64,000 nt of DNA from assembly GCA_020891255.1 (NCBI GenBank), contig BQFW01000014.1:434001-498000 (forward strand), read 5' to 3'. The notes under the pieces were generated by a model, which was not told the DNA's origin, ran no database searches, and was given only the letters and a program-made list of their open reading frames with translations. The number at the start of each line of letters is the position of its first letter. The stretch's first letter is position 1. Positions 58,341 through 64,000 of the stretch are shown piece by piece. The DNA is from Entomortierella parvispora E1425 (taxonomy: Eukaryota > Fungi > Mortierellomycota). The position numbers were made by a program, and so were the translations under genes.

Positions 58341-60133
58341 GTGGAGAACACCAATGTTAATGTCAAGTTAATGGAGGGTCGCCTCGCAGTGTAGCAGACC
58401 AGCTCGGGCTATCTTGATACAAAGAAAGGGCTCGAGCCATGGACTGTATCCAAGGATGAAAAGGAAAAAAAGAGTCCAGCCTCCATATTCGTCTAGCCCG
58501 CTGCTTTTGTTCTTCATCCGCCAATCCTGTTTATTTGCCACCGTGAAAGGGAACAACGAACGGAGCGAGAGGAAGGGGAGGACGGGGGGGATGAAGGGTG
58601 GTCAAGGACGCACGATGACTTGAGTTTATTGAGTGTCAATGTCCATACAAAGGCAAAGGAAGGCACGCGCAAGAGTGCACAAACGACGTTGGGCCTTGCA
58701 CACCCCCGGCGGTATCAACAAAACAACATCGGATATGACAAAGTGGAGAGAAATGAGCTGGAGCGCAAACGATCGTGACTAAGGTTGAGGGTGAGGTGAA
58801 GCACAGAGTCGAGTAGCAGGGCCGTTGTGTGGTCAAACGCCCCTTCTTGCCTGATTGAATTTCTCTCCCTTGAATTGGAGGCTCGACCGGGCCTTTGAAA
58901 AAACAGAAAAAAATAACAACAGTCAGTCAGGGTCCAATAATTGGACAGAGGCGGATGAAGGAACAAGAAAAACTGCACATTCCATCAACAGTGGGTGGAA
59001 ATTGATTTTGGATGTTCATTATCGTTGGCATGTGGAGGTGCCTCCTTTTGGCGTCGTTGACTCTTTCTCCTGTCGTGCCTGGGAAAAGACAACGTGCTGC
59101 ATGCTCCTCCTTTTCTTACGGATTTGGATGTCCTATCCATGTGAGATCTGACATGTCCAATGGCAGACCCTCTTGGAGGGCGAGGTATGTGGAGAAAGAA
59201 CAAGGGTGTAACGCGCACCAGCGCTCTCAATTGGGTGTAGAAACCGAAGATCCCTTTGTAAGCAATGGAGACACATGGCTCTCGTAGGGTACATATTTTC
59301 AGCGCAGAGGGGGACAGGAGAGACGGGCTGGAAGAGCCTATGCAGCCCAGAGAGGCGAAAGCTATTTGTCTTCTACATATCGTCTTTGTCATCGACAAGA
59401 CTTTAAGGGAGCAGAGATCCTCATAGCTACAACGGAAGAATGATTACAACAAGATATTAGCAGCCGTGGGCCTTCCATGGAGAACCAAAAGCGTTGCACC
59501 CACCTGTTTTCTTTTTCGTGGACGCGGGGGGTGCGATTTGTTATTTCGGCGGACTGTTGCGTTTGTTTGGATCGGCCGCTGGCAGAGCAGACCGGCAGAC
59601 AGCTAGTGTGGTGAGGTATGTGGAGGGACTAGAAAAAAAACATGATCGGTCTGATGACCCAAAGCGTTTGTTTATTTTGTTTGCGGCAAACGCGAATGAT
59701 GCATGGCTGCAGAGTGAATCTGAAAATCCCGTTGTTTACATGGAAATTGTTTGCTCGGCAATTATCCGTCCCACAAGTTCTGAGCTTCAAGCCCATATCC
59801 AGTCGTTCACCAACTCACACGTCTATCCTCACCGATCCGAAGCGGCACACGTCTTCCATGAACGAAGGGGGACACAAAGAGTAGACAACGGCGTCGGTGA
59901 GGAGTCCCCTTCTCGCTAATTCCTTTGGCCGAAGTACCGATCTTTCACGAGGCAAACCCTGCATCGATCTGGTCTGCACTGCACTCATTGTAAACATGGT
60001 TAACATATCATAATGCTTTTTTATTCCACTCCAGTATCTCCTAATTCGCGTAGTGGGTATGTGGTATATTGTAAATGGCTGCGATCGATAGATCAATAGG
60101 TAGAGAGATAGATGGCGGGGCTCAAGAGCGCGT

Positions 60134-62489
60134 TCAGGGGGTGTTGCCTGGGATCTCGAGCCAAAAATCATAGAGGAAAACATTGTCGATCCAGGTACAA
60201 GCATCGTTCTCCAAGTTGCTCGACATGGCACTCTGAACGTTCAACTCCATGATCGGGTTTGTATCGTCGTAGGGCAACCAGTTCACTCCCGTCACATCAG
60301 GGTTGGTCAATTCGACTCCTTGCTGGCCCGGTTGAGGGTTGGGGTTTCCTGTCTTGGCAAAAGTTGTGAACCGATCCACGACTTGTCTTGCAAATCGTGC
60401 GTCATCCCCCACTTGCGAAAAGCCAGGGACGGCGGCACCGCTAGCAAAGACGGTCTGAATATCGGCTGAATGGCAGACACGACCAGTACTGGCAGAACAA
60501 TAGCTGGCTCCGACTAAGGGGGTATCACGACCACGGTTGAATCGGAAGTTGTACGTGTTCTTGGTCTTTGTCATCTTGCGACTGAGATATCGCAGAGGAC
60601 AGAAGAAATAATATTCTGTTCCAGCGCGTGTGAACATGTTGCGGACGGCGTCTGGATCTGTAGGGTCTGGCTGGAAGTATTTCGAGCTCAGAGCGAATGC
60701 AGTTCGGTTGGCACTAAAGACCAGCTCCAAAGCGCTTGATACGTTCGCAATTGGGACCACGTTGGGGAAGTACTCGGGCACAAAGAGACCAGCCTCGTCG
60801 TGCACAGTACCCCACATGATGTTGGCCTTGGTGTTGTAGGAGTTGGTCTTCACGAGCTCAGAGAACTCGCTGGGGATCAAGTCTCCGTCGATGGTTGGAC
60901 GCTCAACCAGGGCCCAGGTCGTCCACTTGTCGTCAGCAAGAGCCTTACTGTTGGCAGTCGATTGAGCGGTAAGAACCTGGTCAATTGGACGAGATCGAGC
61001 GCAGTCGAGATCCGTGACGCCGCAGCCCAGAGCCTCCATAAAGTAGGCGCCAATCTGAGTTGCTGATTGCGGGGTCTTGAAAGGAATGTTGATGGGGTCA
61101 CTCTCGCCAATGACACTCTGGTACAAACCCCAAGCAGAGGGAGCAGACAGCAAAGCGCGGATGCTGGTGGCACCAGCCGATTCTCCAAAGACAGTGACCC
61201 GGTTGGGGTCACCACCGAACGAGGCAATGTTCTTCTGCACCCATTGTAGAGCAAGGATTTGATCACGGAGAGCTTGGTTACCCGGGACAGTGTTGCGATC
61301 CCAGGCAGGGTCGCTTTCCATCCAACCGAGCATGCCGAGACGATAATTGATGGTAACAACAACAACACCGCCACGCGAAACCAAATTACCGGGCTCAAAG
61401 ATGATGACAGATCCCGAGTAGCTATCAGATCAAGACACACCAGGAACCTGATGTTAGTTTCCATTATCTCCCCCTTGTCCATGTACTCCAACATTGACGA
61501 TATGCAACTTACGTAGTGAATCCTCCACCGTGGATATAGAACATAACAGGCAGCAAAGCCTCGCCAGTTCCCTTCAAACTTGGGGTGTAGACATTCAAGT
61601 TCAGGCAATCTTCGTCCTCAGTTGCTCCGTTCTCCAAGTAGCTTAGAAGAAGGGGAACAAAACCGGCATCTTGAGAGGTTTGCGGGCAAACATGCTTGTA
61701 GTTGATGGCATCCCAAGTACTTGTGAAGGGTGCCTTAGCAACAGGCGCGGCCCAACGAAGTTGCTGAACTGGTGGTTCAGCGTAAGGGATACCCAAGAAA
61801 CGGAAGGCGTTCTGATCACGCCAACCTTGGATCTGACCCACAGGGGTGTTGACTTTTACCTGGCGCGAGGTGTCGTCGAACAGGAGCACACGACGCATCA
61901 CCGAGTTGAAGCAAACGGTGGGCAGCTTTGTGCTGCAGGGGATCCAATCCGTCTTGCCCGTGTTCTTGTTCACGGCCAAGCAATTGCTAAAGACACCAGG
62001 GACACCGTTGTAGACCCAGAATTGTGAGAAGGCAGAGACCTCGGCTTGGGCAGGCGAGTTGTTGTTCAACAAATCGACCAGCTGGGTTGCACCCGACGTT
62101 CCGGGGATGTAAATGTATCCACCTTGGTAAACAAACCAAAAAAAAAAAAAAAGAAGAAAGGTCAGTGCCATTACATCAGGAGTTTGAGCCATCCCCCACT
62201 TCAATCGAGTTTTCCTCTTACCATCACCCATGGACAGGCAGCTGGTCATTCCAGAATAGTAGTCTCGAGGCTGGGATGGCAATATGTACGCGTTCTTGAT
62301 GATGTTGCCCGAGTCGACATCGTTCTTGAGCAACAGATGAGCGCCGTTGACATCGCTTGCCAACGGTGCAGTTGGAAGAAGGAGTCGCTTGTTGATTTTG
62401 CCAGTTGGGGCTGCGTCGATGCTGCTCATCTGGACACTAAGGACCAGGGCGGCGGAGACGGCCGAGAAGATGGTCTTGAGAAGAGTCAT
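60134..62489 (-). CDS. Secreted type-B carboxylesterase/lipase, paralog B (three exons)
   Basis: Same motifs and intron positions as paralog A (introns 62221-62123 and 61512-61422); full catalytic triad. Confidence 0.93.
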
Positions 62490-62663
62490 CGCGGGGTATG
62501 GCAAAGTCAGGAGGATGGATAGGGAGGAATGCGAGAGGAGGATGCTAGCTTGAGGAGAGCTTAGCGGATGAGCAAGAGGGGGGGAAGAGGAGGACGAGTG
62601 TGGGTGAGTGTGGACGAAAAAGAAGTTGCACTAAAGAACCACAGAGAGGCAGACACCCATGCC

Positions 62664-62670
62664 TTTTATA
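62664..62670 (-). promoter_or_regulatory. TATA box of carboxylesterase B
   Basis: TATAAAAGGC on the minus strand about 175 bp upstream of the ATG; conserved with paralog A. Confidence 0.6.
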
Positions 62671-63048
62671 AGCGATCAATGGCGATCAATTTGCCCGTTC
62701 TCATCATTGACACGCTCTGTTGTTGCTTCATTGCTGGACTGTGGAGGGCGAATAACGGCCTGCGAGGAAGAGCGATTGATGTTTTTCTTCGTGTCGATGT
62801 TTGGGTTGACGCTTTTCCGAGAGTATCGAGAAGACCCCCAACCAGGCGTGTGTGCTTCTCTTGTGTATTCTCATGACACTGCCATGGTGCATCTGGGTGC
62901 ATCTTTCAAAACACAAAGAAAAACTTCCGCCCCAGGCTCTATTCCACATCGCACCCTTGCTGTTGGCTCTAGTAAGAGTTTCGATGAGCAGCTCACCCAC
63001 AGCAATGACCACTGGACGGACAAGATGGAGATGGTTCTCATCGGTTTC

Positions 63049-63117
63049 TACAGTCGTATGCCAGATGAGTTGGATCGTAAAGATCGGGAAAGTCATAACA
63101 CGAGCCTGGGAATAGCC
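63049..63117 (+). repeat. ~70-bp dispersed direct repeat of 55563-55630
   Basis: TACAGTCGT(GC/AT)GCCAGATGAGTTGGATCG..AAGATCGGG.AAGTCATAA..CGAG.CTGGGAAT.GCC shared by both sites. Confidence 0.85.
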
Positions 63118-64000
63118 TACGATCTAGTACCTGGGCTAGTGCAAAACGAACGTTGTTGTCCTGGATTTCTATTCAGTCAGAGTTGTGCCGATATTGACCA
63201 TTGTTCCCTCTTCCCTGCCTCCACAGTCCAGTTGACAAATCAGTAATGTATCTGAACAACAAACAACTTTGAGAAGGAGGCCCAGGTTTGTTTTTTTCAT
63301 CCCTCGGATAACAATTGACGTGCACGCGAATTTTTTTTCTCAAGTGAGTGGAGCAACAGACTAGTATCAAGATAGCAAAAGAAATGACCTTCCTTTCAGT
63401 GATGCTGCACGCCCACATTCATAAAAAGTTGCACTTGTGGACTATTGATCAACTTTGTTGTAGAGGACTTTGGTTCCTGTTATCTGTCTCCCCCCTGCAT
63501 CTGGACCCAAGATTGGGATTTACTATGACTAAGGGCCAATCTGGGGACCAGATTTGGAAAGAGCTTGTCAACAAAGAAGCAGGGCATTGAAGGGACCTTG
63601 TTGGGTTCTTCCGTTGCGCCGTTACTTTGGTTCATTGTTATTGTTGTCACTGGTGATAGGTGAAAAGAGGATCGTTGGGAGGGAGAAGGTGAAGGAATGG
63701 AGGACAACAGCGACATGAATCACTGCCATCGGCGGCCCAGACTTTCCGTCATGGTGGTCGGGTAAAAACTAGTTCATTGTTCGTTCCGATTGTCGTCCAT
63801 GGATCCCGGGCTAATCGTTCTCCTCCGGGCCAAGGGATCACGCCGTACAACATCTCCCCTTTTTCTCCGTTGTTTTATCGGTCATCGAATTCTTTTTGCT
63901 CCCTTCCATGGCCCTTTGCCTTCTGTCGCTCTCTGGTAAAAACTAGAGGCAGGGAAGCGCGGGCAAGTGAAGGTTTATTCACCATTAGGTTCTTAGTGTA

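Noticed and set aside
59494-59919. 141-aa ORF between the esterases
   Set aside because: TTG start, no homologous motif, no promoter or splice signals recognised.
63480-63716. 78-aa minus-strand ORF near the right edge
   Set aside because: Short with no recognisable features; may be a relic or belong to a gene outside the window.

Overview
Eukaryotic, intron-rich fungal genomic window. Codon usage, long A/T homopolymers, GT-AG introns of about 90-200 nt and gene content suggest an early-diverging fungus, probably Mortierellaceae (inference, not a database result). No rRNA, tRNA or CRISPR array is evident. About 20 spliced genes can be reconstructed by hand: PQ-loop transporter, RPC4, VTC1, a multi-TM plus GT54-like glycosyltransferase, a PPPDE-thioredoxin-PUL protein, two Gln/Pro/Tyr-rich Cys-TM proteins, a three-member lineage-type four-TM family (one pseudogene), a PLC-like phosphodiesterase, an amino-acid permease, a GH17 glucanase, a secreted Hsp70-like protein with a degenerate ATPase site, a GT71 mannosyltransferase with a stop-containing exon, a CBF1-type bHLH, a heme-less sulfite oxidase and two tandem carboxylesterases. 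Two copies of a ~2.25-kb non-coding, poly(A)-tailed element lie in inverted orientation at 479-2732 and 52056-54302. The main candidate for a new system is a pair of secreted paralogs (25637-26560, 30104-30814) whose mature chains start with His and carry WPAKNH and QWRW...EWYTSCADI motifs, i.e. a histidine-brace (LPMO-like) copper protein family that I cannot assign to a named AA family. Other leads: a divergent CBF1 / sulfite oxidase pair with two RTCACRTG sites between them, a plant-type sulfite oxidase ending in SNM, and the pseudo-ATPase Hsp70. All gene models and alignments were done by eye; none was checked computationally.
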